A DNA stretch of 63,372 bases, the filler included, from Hyphochytrium catenoides (Eukaryota > Protista > Hyphochytriomycota), in the NCBI GenBank assembly GCA_900088475.1. It is 7 parts of 7 records of this genome, joined end to end, with 100 filler letters (N's around TTAATTAATTAA, not from the genome) between each part and the next. Parts side by side here need not be neighbours in the genome. Positions count along the whole stretch, not along the records: positions 18,034 to 41,429 come from FLMG01002234.1; 6 more parts are not named here. One strand, given 5' to 3'. How positions within the stretch are numbered: position 1 is the first letter of the stretch; each line of letters begins with the position of its first letter. The position numbers and the translations under genes are program-made. This document shows positions 24,863-37,562 of the stretch, in pieces. Below the pieces are notes generated by a model. It made no database searches. It saw only the letters and a program-made list of their open reading frames with translations, and was not told the origin of the DNA.

Positions 24863-27800
24863 ATGGCAGGCCCATCCCTCGAGGAGGTTCTTCTGAAGAG
24901 AAAGCTGACCATCGACACAAGCAGTGGACAAACTGTGCCTCCTGAAGCTGAGGAGAGAGAGTCACGAGATGTTGGCAGAATGGAAGAGCCCAAGAAAGAA
25001 GACTCTCTGTTAGCTCGGAGAAAGATTGACGAACTCCTAGAAGAGAACCATCGCTTTCTCTTCCGCCTCATGGTACGGTGACTAGACTGAGGAAAGTGTC
25101 GGTGACCTCTATCGTTGATGACGTTCCTCTCACTATGAAAACACTCTCTCCCTCTCTCTCTCTCTCTGTGTGTCGCCACTTTACTCTCAGGAATTCGGAG
25201 CGGAGACCAAGCACCAAGCTCTCCGCGTTGCTTTTGATCTCTACGAGATAACCACGCGGAACCCCATGAACTCGCACATCATCCAGGTTAGTTGGAAAGG
25301 TGACCATCGACCTTTCTCTCATGTCTGCTGCTGAACTGTCTGTTTCTCTCTTGACTACAATTAGCACCCGGGGCCTTTCTCCCTGTTGGTCTTTCCTCAT
25401 TTATATCTTCAATTTGATCTCTCTCACTGCAATATTGTTAGGCTTATATGTGACTTCTAGGTCCATTTCTCTCTCATCGCGCCACACGTGCTCTCTTTCA
25501 TGGCTTGCGGTCTCTCTCTTCCCCTCTCTCTATCTCTCTTCTTATTACTCTCTCTCCTCTCTCCCTCTCTCTTCCTGTCTCGCCTGTCTTCTCTTCTCTC
25601 CCTTTTCTCACTACCGCTCTCTGCTTCGCTCTTTCTCTCGCCCTCTTCCCTCTCTCGCTCTATCCGTTACTGACTGTCCACTCAGTCTATCTTCCTACTC
25701 GCAACATAAAAAACTTTCATTGAAACATAAAAAGTCTCTTGCTTCTCGTCATCATCACTCTTCCGATCCGCGTCACCTTGAAACCCTCACCAAGCACTAA
25801 GCATTGTCTCTCTTTGTGATGCTTTCTCCTTATTTCTCCTCCCATTTTCTCACCAATTTCTCTCTCCGCGGCTTGCCTTCTCTGTCTCTTCATGTCTTAG
25901 GTGAAGCTTCGCAGAGTCCGCCGCTTTTTACGCAAGCTTATGGCCTCGATAGCGAAAGCTGCGCCAAAGCCTAAGAGAAGAACAGCAGGAGCAGAGAACG
26001 ATGTATGACTTGATGCGGCTTTATTGTTTCCATTCTCTCTCGTTGAGGTCTTCAGATGTATCCCTAAACCGCGGATATCACTCATTTTATTCATGCCCAT
26101 CGGCGTCCTTAGTCGCCCTGATTCTTCACCTCTGACCATAGCGCTTATTTGCTCTTTCTTCCGCTCTTTCTTCTCCCGCCTTCGTCCCTTCCGCTTTGTG
26201 TTGAACGCCATCTTTCTGTCATTTGAAATCCCTCTCATGTCGGAAGATTCCTCTCTCTTCGTTCTATCTTCTCCCGTGTAAATATCTCTCCCAGACCTCC
26301 GCCGCACATGCTCTTCCTTCAAGAGTCTCAGTCCCCCCGAGTTCTTGACTCATTCTTGCCCCTCTCTTTCCCTTCCTCTTGCTTCTCTCATTCGTCTCTC
26401 TGTCTTCTCTCGTTCCTTTCGTCTCCGGCACGGTCCCTCTCTCTCTTTATTTGTTTGCGTCTTCGGTCTCGCTCTCTCAAACCTATTTCCCGTCTCTCTC
26501 CCGCCGCTTCTAACCCCTGTACAGGGCCTGACAACTATCACTAAGATTCACTTTTTGGAGACCGAGCTGGCGCGACTAAGAGAGGAAATGGCAATGTTAG
26601 CCAAGCTCAACCCTGCACTACATGCACGTTCCAGCAGCACTCAGGTGCCCGGAGCCAGGACTGAAGAGCCCAGACCACAGCGAGAACCGGAAGAGGAGGA
26701 AGGTGAACAAGAAGAAGAGAGAGAAGAAAGTCACTTTCATGAGGAGCATCAGGAAGAAAACGACTATGAGAACCAGGAATCTGAAGAAGAGAGCTATCCC
26801 GTCAACCAGCGTGGCCCTGTAGCGATGTGGGGCCCCGTAGCGGACGCAGGAGGACGAGTAGGGCAAGACCCTCGCCCTAGAAATGGCCTCAGAGTGACTC
26901 TCATTGAGACACAAGAGCTGGATGGAGAGGGCGGAGCTGATCAGTGGCTGCATCACATGGAGACGATGGGCTATGAACTGGAGAAGAGATTCCTTCTGGA
27001 AGGGAGACAGAGCGAAGAGGGAGGAGCGACACTCACAGACCAAATCCTTAGTGGAGGTGCTAAGAGGTTGCGAAAGACAGAGACTCCAAGGTGACAATTT
27101 GCTTTCTTCTTTTTGTTTCTCTTTTTCCCGTTGAACCCCAAAGGCATATCCGTTGTCTCTATCATTGTACCGCGTTATCTGCACCCTCTGTCCTCCTAGT
27201 CTTTTGCTTGACAGAGCTTTATTTCCGTCTCTCTCTCTGCCTTCTCTCTCTCTCTCTCTCGGTTTGGCACTCACTACCGGCACTGTGGATCAGGTCTCCG
27301 GGTGGCACTCCTCTGAAGATGCAAAGGCAGTCATCAAGCGGTAATGCTGTGGGCTCTCTTCTGCACCAAGCCCTGGGGGATAAGTTCAAGAATGCCAGAG
27401 GGTAAGGACCACCCGATCTTCATCTCTTCTCTTCTATTCTCTCCTCTGTCTCTATTGACAAATTTAGGGCCACGCGTCCCACCTTCGAAGCTACGTCCTT
27501 TTTCCTTTTCTCACATTCTTCAAGTCTGACTCTTCCTACTGATCGTCTCTATTGGCTTCGCCTCTTCTTTCTGCCTCTCTCTTTTGTAAGCCTCCGTATT
27601 CCTCTACTGGCTCTGTCTGTTCTCCTCACATTCTATCTCTCTTCCCTACCTCAATCCGCTAAGCTGAACTGTTGATCCTGATAGACCGAACAGTGGCTCC
27701 ACTACTGACAGCGAAGATGACACTTATGATGAGGAAGAGTGGATGGAAGGCCAGCGGAACAGTTCGCAGGTATGACCGTCGAGGAAAATTGGTTCCCACT

Positions 27801-27980
27801 TGTAAGGAGCTGACCGGATCTTCTTTCCTCTCTCTCTTTCACTGTCTCTCTCACTCTGTCTCTCTATCTTTGCTCCGCTTATGTCTCTCTCTCACGTTCA
27901 ACTATCAGAGGACCATCCTTAACGACCAGCTCCTGTCCGCAATAAGAGCAAGAGAAGCTAGAGGCATTGGAACCAAGTAA
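24863..27980 (+). CDS. MTFR1/PRR11-like protein with C-terminal WH2-central-acidic (WCA-like) module and an extra WH2-like helix, about 412 aa
   Basis: Exons 24863-25072, 25191-25286, 25901-26002, 26525-27090, 27294-27401, 27685-27769, 27909-27980 (phase-consistent; optional 30-nt exon near 26295). Motifs KIHFLETELARLREEMAML; LTDQILSGGAKRLRKT; RSPGGTP; GNAVGSLLHQALGDKF; DSEDDTYDEEEW; NDQLLSAIRAR. Confidence 0.8.
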
Positions 27981-28349
27981 GGCAGAGCTACCTTCCGTTC
28001 CAATAAGAAAGCTGCTCTATTTTCCTCTTCCATATCTTGACTCCCTCCAAGCACTCCTTTTCCTCTTCTTCCCTTCCCTCCTCTTGCTGTCTCTTTCCTC
28101 CGTTCTTGCCGCCGTGTCTCTCCTCCTCAAGCCACGGTCACTACTGACTTCTTTCCCTTGCTAACTGCAGAACAGGCTAGGCCAGTGAATGTGAGAGAGA
28201 GAAAGGCACTCAGGGAGCAGAGAGATCTGGACAGGATCTATAAACGCCAGAATATCCGTCCGCTAGAAAATATCCAAGAGTAAATGTCCGTGGCAGTCCA
28301 TAAATAATGATAAATATAAAGGTTTAGGAACCCGACCCTGTGTGGAAGC

Positions 28350-29510
28350 TCAGTCACTCTCTGATGTCGAGTCACTCTCCTTCTCTCTACGTCTCTTCTT
28401 CTTTCTCTTCCTCTCCTTGTCTTTGGGCTTCTTCTTCTTTTCCTTCTTCTTCTTCGCTTTATCTTTCTTGAGAGTCTTTCGCTTTTCTTGAGCTTCTTCA
28501 CCTTCGTCGTCTGTCACGGTGACTTCTATTATGGACTCTCTCTCTCTTTCGAGAGAGGCTGTTGCCATCATCTTTGCTTTTCTCTCAGCCCAGAAGTTCC
28601 TCTGCTCCGCTGGATCCTGAGATTTTCTGGAACTTGGCCTGCTCGCATTGTCTTCGACTGTGTACTGCTGACTGTACGGCTTCTGTAGGACTCGTTCCTC
28701 TCTAGCTCTGTCTTCTTCTCTTTCCAATGTACTCATATGCTTTTCCCTGCGAGCTTCTCGCCTGTCGTTATCTTCGCGTCTCTTTCTATCTCGGCTCCGG
28801 CTTCTCCGTCTCTCGCTGCTGCGAGACCTTTCTCTATTTCTGCTTCGGCTTCTCCTTTTCTCTCCGCTACGGCTGGTACGTGCTTCATGGCTTCCCTTTA
28901 AGTCTCTACTTCTCGAACGTGGTCTCTCTCCGCTTCTCCCTCTCTTTCTCCCTCGGCTAAATGTTTCGCTCTCTATAGCTCGTTGTTTCCAGCAAAGAGC
29001 TTCTTCTTGCCTTCTGTTATGGCCCGACACACTGGACGGGCGAGCAGGACAGAAGAAAAATGATGTCGGGAAACGAAAAGAAGAGACAACAGCGCATTCA
29101 GCTATCCGCCTACCTTTGGATGGTGGAGGCGAGATATTGCTTGTTAATCTCTAGAGAGGGTTTGGAAGGAGGAGCGCGTCCCTACAGGCAAGCTAAGTGG
29201 TAAGCCGGACTGAATAAAATAGAGCAATCAAGAGATAGAGTAAGGAAAGGATAAAGAGAAATGAAGGGTCAGTGATATTTTCTTCAGCAAGGCGTACCAA
29301 GTATCCAGTGACTCCCAGCTGCTCCACCTTCTCCTTGCGCTTCTTTACCTAGAGCCATGCAAGAGACGGACAAGAAGGGTTATGGGTTGATCGCGTTCTG
29401 GACCTTAGGGAAAGGGATCCCACCTCATCTCTAATAAGTGAAGCCACATAGTCATCGTCAAACTCGACGCGGGGCATAGCCTTGACAAGTGCTTCCACCT
29501 TCTTCTCCAT
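28350..29510 (-). CDS. RS/Lys-rich putative nuclear protein with a conserved-looking N-terminal domain, 4 exons
   Basis: Exons 29510-29424, 29348-29298, 29181-29114, 29031-28350, phase-consistent. N-term DDDYVASLI...LGVTGYL...INKQYLASTIQSVSGHNR; RSRSR repeats; poly-Lys tail. Confidence 0.82.
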
Positions 29511-29650
29511 CTTATCAACGCCTAGAGATGTAGAACTACCGTCATCTCCCTCTCAGAAACCGGTATCCGTCGCTGTACTTCATACCAGCAAGTCTGCTGG
29601 CCTCTTTCTCTATGTTTAGTGAACCTGACATGACCGCCCTTAGTCTTCAT

Positions 29651-29752
29651 TCTTCCACCATTCTAAATATTAAGGGCACCTCCCCACCGCAAGACAGCGT
29701 GCTCTTCCACCATTCTGAATAAAAAGGTCACTTCAACACGGCAAGACAGCGT
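29651..29752. repeat. Imperfect 52-bp tandem duplication upstream of the RS-rich gene
   Basis: TCTTCCACCATTCT...GCAAGACAGCGTG at 29651 and 29703. Confidence 0.8.
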
Positions 29753-30883
29753 GGGGAGTCTTTCCCCACATAAAACTTCTTCCTCTGGCAATATCGAGCT
29801 CTTTGAAGATTTATTTATGAAGATTATCGCCTGATCAAATGAAGATTTTGTCTGCCAAGATCTGCATTGCTGCGATTCCTACTCCTGGGGGGTGTTCATA
29901 ACGGACACCTGAGATTTGGCCATAGGTTCAATGCTGCAGAACAGAAACAGAGAATGTGAGTGTCTCCCTCTCAAATTGACGCAATCATCCTTTCTTTGAC
30001 TCATAAACGCCGAATTATTGTGAATTCTAACTCTAAACTATATTAACATTACCGTAACAGTTATACTTTAAATAACAAAGGCCTCAGTATCAAGTTCTCT
30101 TGACCCATAAATAGCCGCATTATAGACTAAGAGTGAGAAAGCGACAATCCTGGTCCGTATAGTGCTGTACTTTGTTTGCTCCAACATTCACAAACCTGCT
30201 TTCTTCTATCAAGGATGTATCTCAGCTTTATCGTGAATCCTAATCGCCAAACATGCCGTTATCAGGTATTCTAAGCGGTGTTGAAGTGAGTTCTTTCTTG
30301 GTTTTGTTGTTGGCGCAACTTCGTGCAGCTCTCAATGTGCAGATCTGAAGCAGCAATGCAGCTTCTGCAGATGAGGTTGGCAGCTTTCTGAAAGCCACAG
30401 AGGCGCTAGATGGCGTCTGAGCCTGATAGCAAGGCACACGTAACAAGGCAGGGGTGGTGAGGGTTCATTGAGACCAGGCAGGTGAGAAGGGCAAGCTATA
30501 GCAATCAGAGATAGGAAGTTGAGCCACCACGGAGGGAGACAGTGTCGCTCGCAGAGCTTACTATCTAGTGAGCAATCTACCTTGTTCTTGCCAAGGTCCA
30601 GGGAATTTGTCGTTGTTCTAGGAGGCTACAGGTAATAGGACGTAGCTGAAGGCGTGCGCAACAGTTCCAGACGGTTTTCTCGGGAGCCTTTTTTGCCTCA
30701 TGCACGCGCCTTCGGTGAAGAAGTTCAGCAGCTGAGGGTCATACCTCGCTATGGCGAAGTTACTCAATGAGGAGAGACTGTCCTCCCTTCGGGAGCAGTG
30801 ACGGCGCCTGCTGCTAACGCTTTTCAAGGCTGTTGTCATCAACAAAAGAGTCTCAAGGTCAAGGTCTACTCAGACGCCGCAAG

Positions 30884-33213
30884 ATGAAAGACGAGGAGCT
30901 CCTAAGAGGAGTTTTGGAGAGCACTGCCCTCAAGCGTCAGCGGTCGATATCGCTCCGGGATCGGGAGGAATATCCCCGCGCTAGGGACATTCACTTCCTT
31001 GATGATCAGCACTACATTAGAAGAAGGCACTATGACCACCTCCGAGGGAATGAAAGTGGTTCCCCCGGGCGCTTCTTCCGGTCGCAGTTTCCTTTCTCGA
31101 GGAGAAGAGACTCCTCTGTCCTCTCCCTCGCCTCTCCATCTCCTGTTTCCTCTGATGTCCTTAGCAGAGATTCGGACATCAGCCTGGGCTCTCAGGGGAC
31201 AGCAGAGTTTATGGAATGCATCAATGAAGATGCGTCCACCCTCTCTGCCGATGAAGGTAGAGATTCTCTCATCAAGAACATGCTGCATTTGGCTCATGAG
31301 CTGAAGGTCCAGGGCATTCTCAGCCCTGAGCAGCAAGGCATTTTGAAGGATAGTATTTTAAAGAACCCTCAGGTACGCCTGTTATCTCTATTAGATGTCT
31401 CTCTCTGCTACCTTTGCCTTCTCACTTGATAAGGCGTTTAAGTCCTATAGCAGGTCCTGCTGCCTTTGCTGTCTTCCAACTCTCTTCCATCATCCCTGTA
31501 TTTAGAGCTTGAGCCGTACTCACTCATTCAAGGCTCTGTTCATCTGTTCTTCTCTTTATTTGGTCTCTCCTCCTCTCACGTCCTTTGTTGCTAACGTATG
31601 CCTTCTCCCTGTAGGAAGTAGCTCGGATAGAGCTTTCCGATACAAAGGCCCTCATCGCCTATCTAGAGTCTACACGGAGAGAGTCAACGGAACTGGCAAC
31701 ACCCTCTCTTTCACTGTCAGGAGACACTCCGGCCGCATCTCTGGGAACAGAACGCTCCTCGTCCTCCTCATCCTCCTCCTTTCGCCCTTCTTCCCTTCTG
31801 AGTAGCTCAAGAGTCAAGAGCCTCTCTCATGATATCCACTCCTCCATAGATCTGAGGATGTTAGAGACGCCTCGGACGCCCAGAATGGCCAGAGACATGA
31901 GAAGCATCTCTGAGCCTTCGTCAGCTGGCGCCGCCATCTCCGACGAGGTCCTTTATAACGGAATAACCGTTCGCATCGTGGACACCAGCGTCAGTAAGTC
32001 TGTCACACATTATAACATCCGCGTGGAAGACCATGCCACGGGTTATCGATGGATAGTTAGCAAGAGATTCAGAGACTTCTTCTTCTTCTACCATCAGCTC
32101 TCCAGCATCTCCTACCGCTATCCCAATGGCAAGCCCTTTGGTGGCACAATGTCCTGGCTCGGCACACAGCAGTTTCCCAGGCGAAGATTAAGAGGTTCTT
32201 CCCGGGCCGTAGTGGTAGAAGAGAGAAAGAAGCTTCTCGACGCCTTTCTTCGGCATACCTCAGCCCTGGTACTGCCACAACCTATTGGGCATACACGGAA
32301 AAGAGCCCTCTTGGCCCTGCAGGACTTCCTCCGCGTCCCACCTAGTCTGATAGAGAGAAGCAACGAAATAGAAGGAAGACTACATGGCCATGTGGACGCT
32401 TTGGAACGTACGCGATCGTATGAACGTGCGCAGAGCATTGTCCGCAGAGTCCTTACCTCCTGTGATACGACGCTGTATCATAAGGTGCAGCAATGTATCA
32501 GGCAGTTCAAGAAAGAGACGTACACTCTTCTGAACTCGAAGGACAGCCTAGGACAGAGTGGAGAACTGCAGGTGATAGATGTGGACGGGGTGGAGAGCTT
32601 GAAAGACTTAGCGAAAAGGATAAGCGCAGTGACGGACGCCTTCCTCTCTCTCCCAGAGATCAGCAAAGAGCTCTCTCCTGATTCCTCATCCCCGATCAAC
32701 GCGGACGATGACGCTTACCTCGCCATACAGTGCACCGTAGAAGAGTACTTCTTTCTACCTCTAGAGGAAGAGATAACGGAGATGCTCCGGACGGTCGTGA
32801 GCCCAGAGGAAGATACAAAGCTCAGACTACGCCTGAAAGAGCTTCAAAGCCAGTCACAGAGTGACTTTGGCATTCCTCCGCACCTTCAGTCAGCGGACGA
32901 TTTTGAGAGAACGAGAAAGATCCTGAGGCAGATGGATCGCTACTCTCTCCCTTCTGCTAAGCTTCAGTGCTTAGTAGAGGCAGCTAGGTCGGTGGCAGAG
33001 GCCCATTCTTCCGCAGGAAGACTGGGTGCGGACGACTATCTTCCTATCCACATCTTCTCCATCGCGACCTGCAATATATCTGAGCCTCTGAAGACTTTGC
33101 AGCTGATCACCTCCATGTGCCCGCCAAGACAGAGAACAGGGCAAAGAGGCTATTTTTTGACGATGTTTCAGGGCGCTCTTTCCTTCTTAGACCAAAAAGA
33201 CGGCGCAGCCTGA
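30884..33213 (+). CDS. PX domain + VPS9 domain protein (putative Rab5-family GEF); start uncertain (30751 or 30884)
   Basis: Exon to 31372|gt, ag|31615-33213 in frame. PX: THYNIRV...WIVSKRFRDF...FPRRRL...EERKKLLDAFL...LQDFL. VPS9: PSAKLQCL...LGADDYLP...GQRGYFLT. Confidence 0.88.
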
Positions 33214-33522
33214 GAGAGAGAGAGAAAAAGCTAGCGCAAAGAGCGATCGTTGACAGGGTGAAGGAAGATGTAACAATAAAGGAGTTCTCTCTTGTTAACC
33301 TCTTTTTGTTGAGCGCTGCGCATGGACTGAAAGAAGAGAGAGACCCTGCCCATCGCTGTTTTCCTCTCTCCTTCCGCTGTCTTTGCTCTACCAGCTCTCC
33401 TTCTCTTGCGCCAATCTGCTTCTATGTCTTGTTGGTTCTAAGTTGTCTCCTGTGTCTCCTTTTCTTTCTTTGTGCATTAGTCTCATTCCTACTCTTCTCC
33501 ACCCTATGGAGTCGACTTGAAG

Positions 33523-33553
<31 letters not shown>

Positions 33554-33953
33554 CGGTCTTTTGTCCTTGTCTGTGCCTTTCCGTCCTGGCTCATCACCTG
33601 CCGTTGCGCGCGAGAGAGGGGAGGGGGATGGCTGGGAAGAAGGTGCCATGAAAGGAAGAAACGCTTAGCCAGATCAGCATTGAAGAGGAACAGGGTTGGT
33701 CCTTACTCTCCCTTTCCGGAGAGATTTTATAAATATAAAGGCTCCTATTACGCTCTCTCCTTCCAATACATCTTCCTCTCTCTCTGTCTCTCTCTCTGTC
33801 TCTCTCTCTGTCTCTCTCTCTCTCTTTCTGTCTCATATCAGAACTGTTCTTTTGCCGGTTCTGCCCTTTTTCCCTTGTCTAAGCACATTACTCTCTTTCC
33901 TCCTTTCCTATTTTCTCGTTCTCCTCTATTGATTGCTATCCGTGTACGTGACG

Positions 33954-33989
<36 letters not shown>

Positions 33990-34118
33990 CTCTCTCCTCA
34001 CTCTTTCTCTCTCCCTTTCTGTCTCTCGCTGTCTCTTTCTGTCGGTCTCGACTCGTCCTCTTCAGGTGGGGGTTATATGTTAGCTCAGTCTATCTTGGTC
34101 TGATGGCGCGGCTCCTCT

Positions 34119-34705
34119 TCAGGACACTTCCAGCTTTTCCTCTTCTGTCCCAGCCTTTTCTCTCGCGTTACCATCCACAGACTCTCTCTTCTGTCTCTCT
34201 AGCTTAGGATCCCCAGCAGCCAACAGGTACCTCTCCAGCTCAGAGAGAGAGAGACGATAAGAGACATTTCCTCCGACAGCTCCTCCTCCCTCATCTCTCT
34301 CTCTCTTCTTTCTCTCTCTAATCTCCGGATGGAGGTCCAGCTGTTGCTTCCACCTTTCATAGAGCCTGCAGACCTTGCAGACGGCGGGACCTTTGCAAAG
34401 AGGGCACCAGCGCTGTGTCTGGCAGTCTCCCAACTGGTCGAAGAGAGAGAAGAACGTCTCATACTGTCGAAGAATCTTCAGTGTCTCTTTGTTTGCCCAG
34501 ATCGCCCGACGATAGCTCGTCTCTATGTCTCTATGGTAGGAGAGAAAAAGAGAGAGAGATCTTAGAATGAGAGAGAGAGAGAGAGAGAGAAGAGACAGAA
34601 AGCCAGAGAGGAACGCCGAGAGAGGGAGAACGGATTGAGAAGGGGAGAAAGAGAGAGACAGAGCAAGAGTTACCGCGAAAATTAGAAGATGAGTGTGATA
34701 AAGGG

Positions 34706-34745
<40 letters not shown>

Positions 34746-36870
34746 AGTCAGAGTCCTTACTCCGGGTCTGCCAGGGGCGCCACGGTGACGGCAGTGAGAG
34801 CATTTCCACAGGCGACGTGCGTGACTTTGCCTCCTCCAACTCTGTCCGAGTGATAGCCAAACACCTCTACCTCAGCCACATGGAGGTACGTCGCGCTCTC
34901 CAGCTGTATCCTAGAGGGAGAGAAACAGAGAGAGAGAGACAATGAGAGCGAGAGAAAGAGAGAAAGAGAGAGAGAAAGAAAGAGTTTAAGAGAAAGGAAG
35001 AGAAAGGGAAAGAGAGAGGGAGCAAGAGAAAGAAAGATAGAACAAGAGAGAGATTGAGAAAGAGCCAGACTGAGGGAGAAGGAAAGAGAGGATGAGAGAG
35101 TTAAGGAAGAGAGTAAGAGAGAGAGAGCAAGGGAAAGAGGAAGTGGGCCAAGGGGATGGAGAGAGACCTGACATATTGTCCCTCAGTGTGCGCAGGGACA
35201 TCCCACACTATCCGCGCCAAACTCGGCGTTTTCTGCGTCAGTTGTACGCGCTTCTTACAGTGACTCTGAGCCACGGCAGCCTGCAAACTGGTGATGGACG
35301 GGAGAGAAGAGAGAGAGAGAGAGAGAGAGAGTGAGACACACACACACACACACACACACAAAGAGAGGAGAGAGAGAGAGAGGAGAGAGAGAGAGAGGGA
35401 GAGAGGGGGGAAGAGGAAGTGAGAATGATACCGATCAGACTGCGAGATCGATACAACGAGAGGGTGAGAAAGAGAAGCTTTGATGGAGTACAAAAGAGAG
35501 AGACAGCCAGAGAGAGAGACAGACGGGATGGGGGATGCACCAAGGGCAAGGAATTCAAAGGTCATAGAGAGAGAGAGAGCGACAGGGGGAGGGAGAGACA
35601 GCAAGAGAGACGACCCAGGGGAAGGCAAGAGAGAGAAAAGCTAGAGGAGAGAGAGGTGGAACAGGGAAGAAGAGAAGGAGACATATGTAAAAGAAGGCTA
35701 GATCGAGGACAATAAAAAGAAAGGGACGACAGACAAAACAGAGAGACGACAGACAGAGAGAGAGAGGGTGAGAGAGAGAGAAGAGAGAGAAAGAATAAGA
35801 GAGAGAGAGAGAGGGGAAGCAAAGGAGAGCGCGAAAGCAGAGCCAGACACCACAGGCAGACAGAGAGAGAGAGAGAGAGAAAGAACAAAAGGAGAGGGTA
35901 GAGAAGAACAGGGAGGGAGAGGGAAAAAGCAAAGAGGGCAAACAAGGAGGGCGATAGACCTTATCGGCTCCGTCTCGTTTTCCTTAACAAACGGTGAGAA
36001 AGAGATGAGGATCCAGAAAGGAAAGAGACGCTTCGGGTAAGTCAAAGGGTCCATCACGGGGTCTGTCGGCCTGTCTGTCCGGTTATAGACCTTACATGGA
36101 GAAGAGAGAGAAGGGAATGCTTGCATGAGACGCCAGTGGAGAGAAGAGAGAGAGAGAGAGAGAGACAGAGAGAGAGACACCCACATACACAGAGACGGAG
36201 AAAGGAAGGAGAAGGCAAGAGGAGAGGGAAAGAAACGTGAGGGAGAGAAAGGAAGAGAGAGGGGGAAGAACAGCGACATGAAGAGAGAGATGGCAAAGCT
36301 CGCATCCGTGGCCCTGCATTTCCTCTCCTTCCTAACAAATGATTCTATTCTTGGGGCACCTTCTTCTAAGTCTCTCTTCTTCTCGCGTCCCTCTCTCTCT
36401 CTCTCTCTCTCTTTTTTCTCTCTTTGATCCTCCCCCTCCCTTCGGCTATCTTCCCTCTTTCTTAACTCTCTTGACGTTCTCCTTTCTCTCTCTCTCTCTC
36501 GCGTTCCTCTCTCTTCTCCCGTTCTCTCCCTCTTACCTTGATCTCCCGTATGGAGCAGACGCGTCCAAGGTCCACTTCCCACCAAGGCTGAGGGTCAAGC
36601 TAGGAGCGGAAAATAATGAGAGAGCTCTTCGTCTTCCTCTCTTTCTTGCCTCACCAGCTCACAATCTTTTCCTCCCACTCTTTCTTTCTCTTTCTCTCTC
36701 TTTCTGTCTTTCTCTCTCTTCCTCCCTTTCTTCCTTCCTTTCTCTCTCTCTCTCTTTTCCTCCCTTACTATCTCCCTCTCCNNNNNNNNNNNNNNNNNNN
36801 NNNNNNNNNNNNNNNNNNNNNNNNNNNNNNNNNNNNNNNNNNNNNNNNNNNNNNNNNNNNNNNNNNNNNN

Positions 36871-36903
<33 letters not shown>

Positions 36904-37181
36904 ACCTGGGTATGCGCACACTCGCCTCCCTTGCTCCCGTCTTTCTTTCCATCATTGGCGAGATTGGGTCCTAGTCGATTGTACACTGAAGACTGAGAGG
37001 CCTTGCCTCCGAGCGCGAGGTTGGACGGAGAGAAGTAGAGAGAAGAGACAAGACGAGGAGAGGGAGAGAAATCGCATTTAGAGGGAGAGAAACCTAGGCA
37101 ACCGTCCTGGTTCATTCCCCTAAAAGTCCAAATAAGAGAGAGAGAGAGAAGAAACGCACAGGGTTAGTGAGCCAGAGAAAA

Positions 37182-37215
<34 letters not shown>

Positions 37216-37521
37216 AGAGGAAGAAACGAAGTCCGTGGAACTGTCGAGACGTCCCAAAGTCTAGCCAATTGGGAAAAGAGAGAGAGAATGATGGAGAGGG
37301 AGAGGAACTGAAGGAAGTCAACCGGATGAGGAAGAGATTGCAGAAAGATTGGTAGAGAAAAATGGGGAACTAGAAGGGAAGAGGAGAGAGACTTTGAAGG
37401 ACGCAGAAAGTTAGAGGAGGAGGCCCAAGGAGGAGGAGAGCAGGAGAGGGAGAAAAGGAGAGAAGAGGAAAGAGGAACAGAAACTGATTGAGAGGCCGGC
37501 GAAAAAGAGAGAGACAGAGAC

Positions 37522-37562
<41 letters not shown>

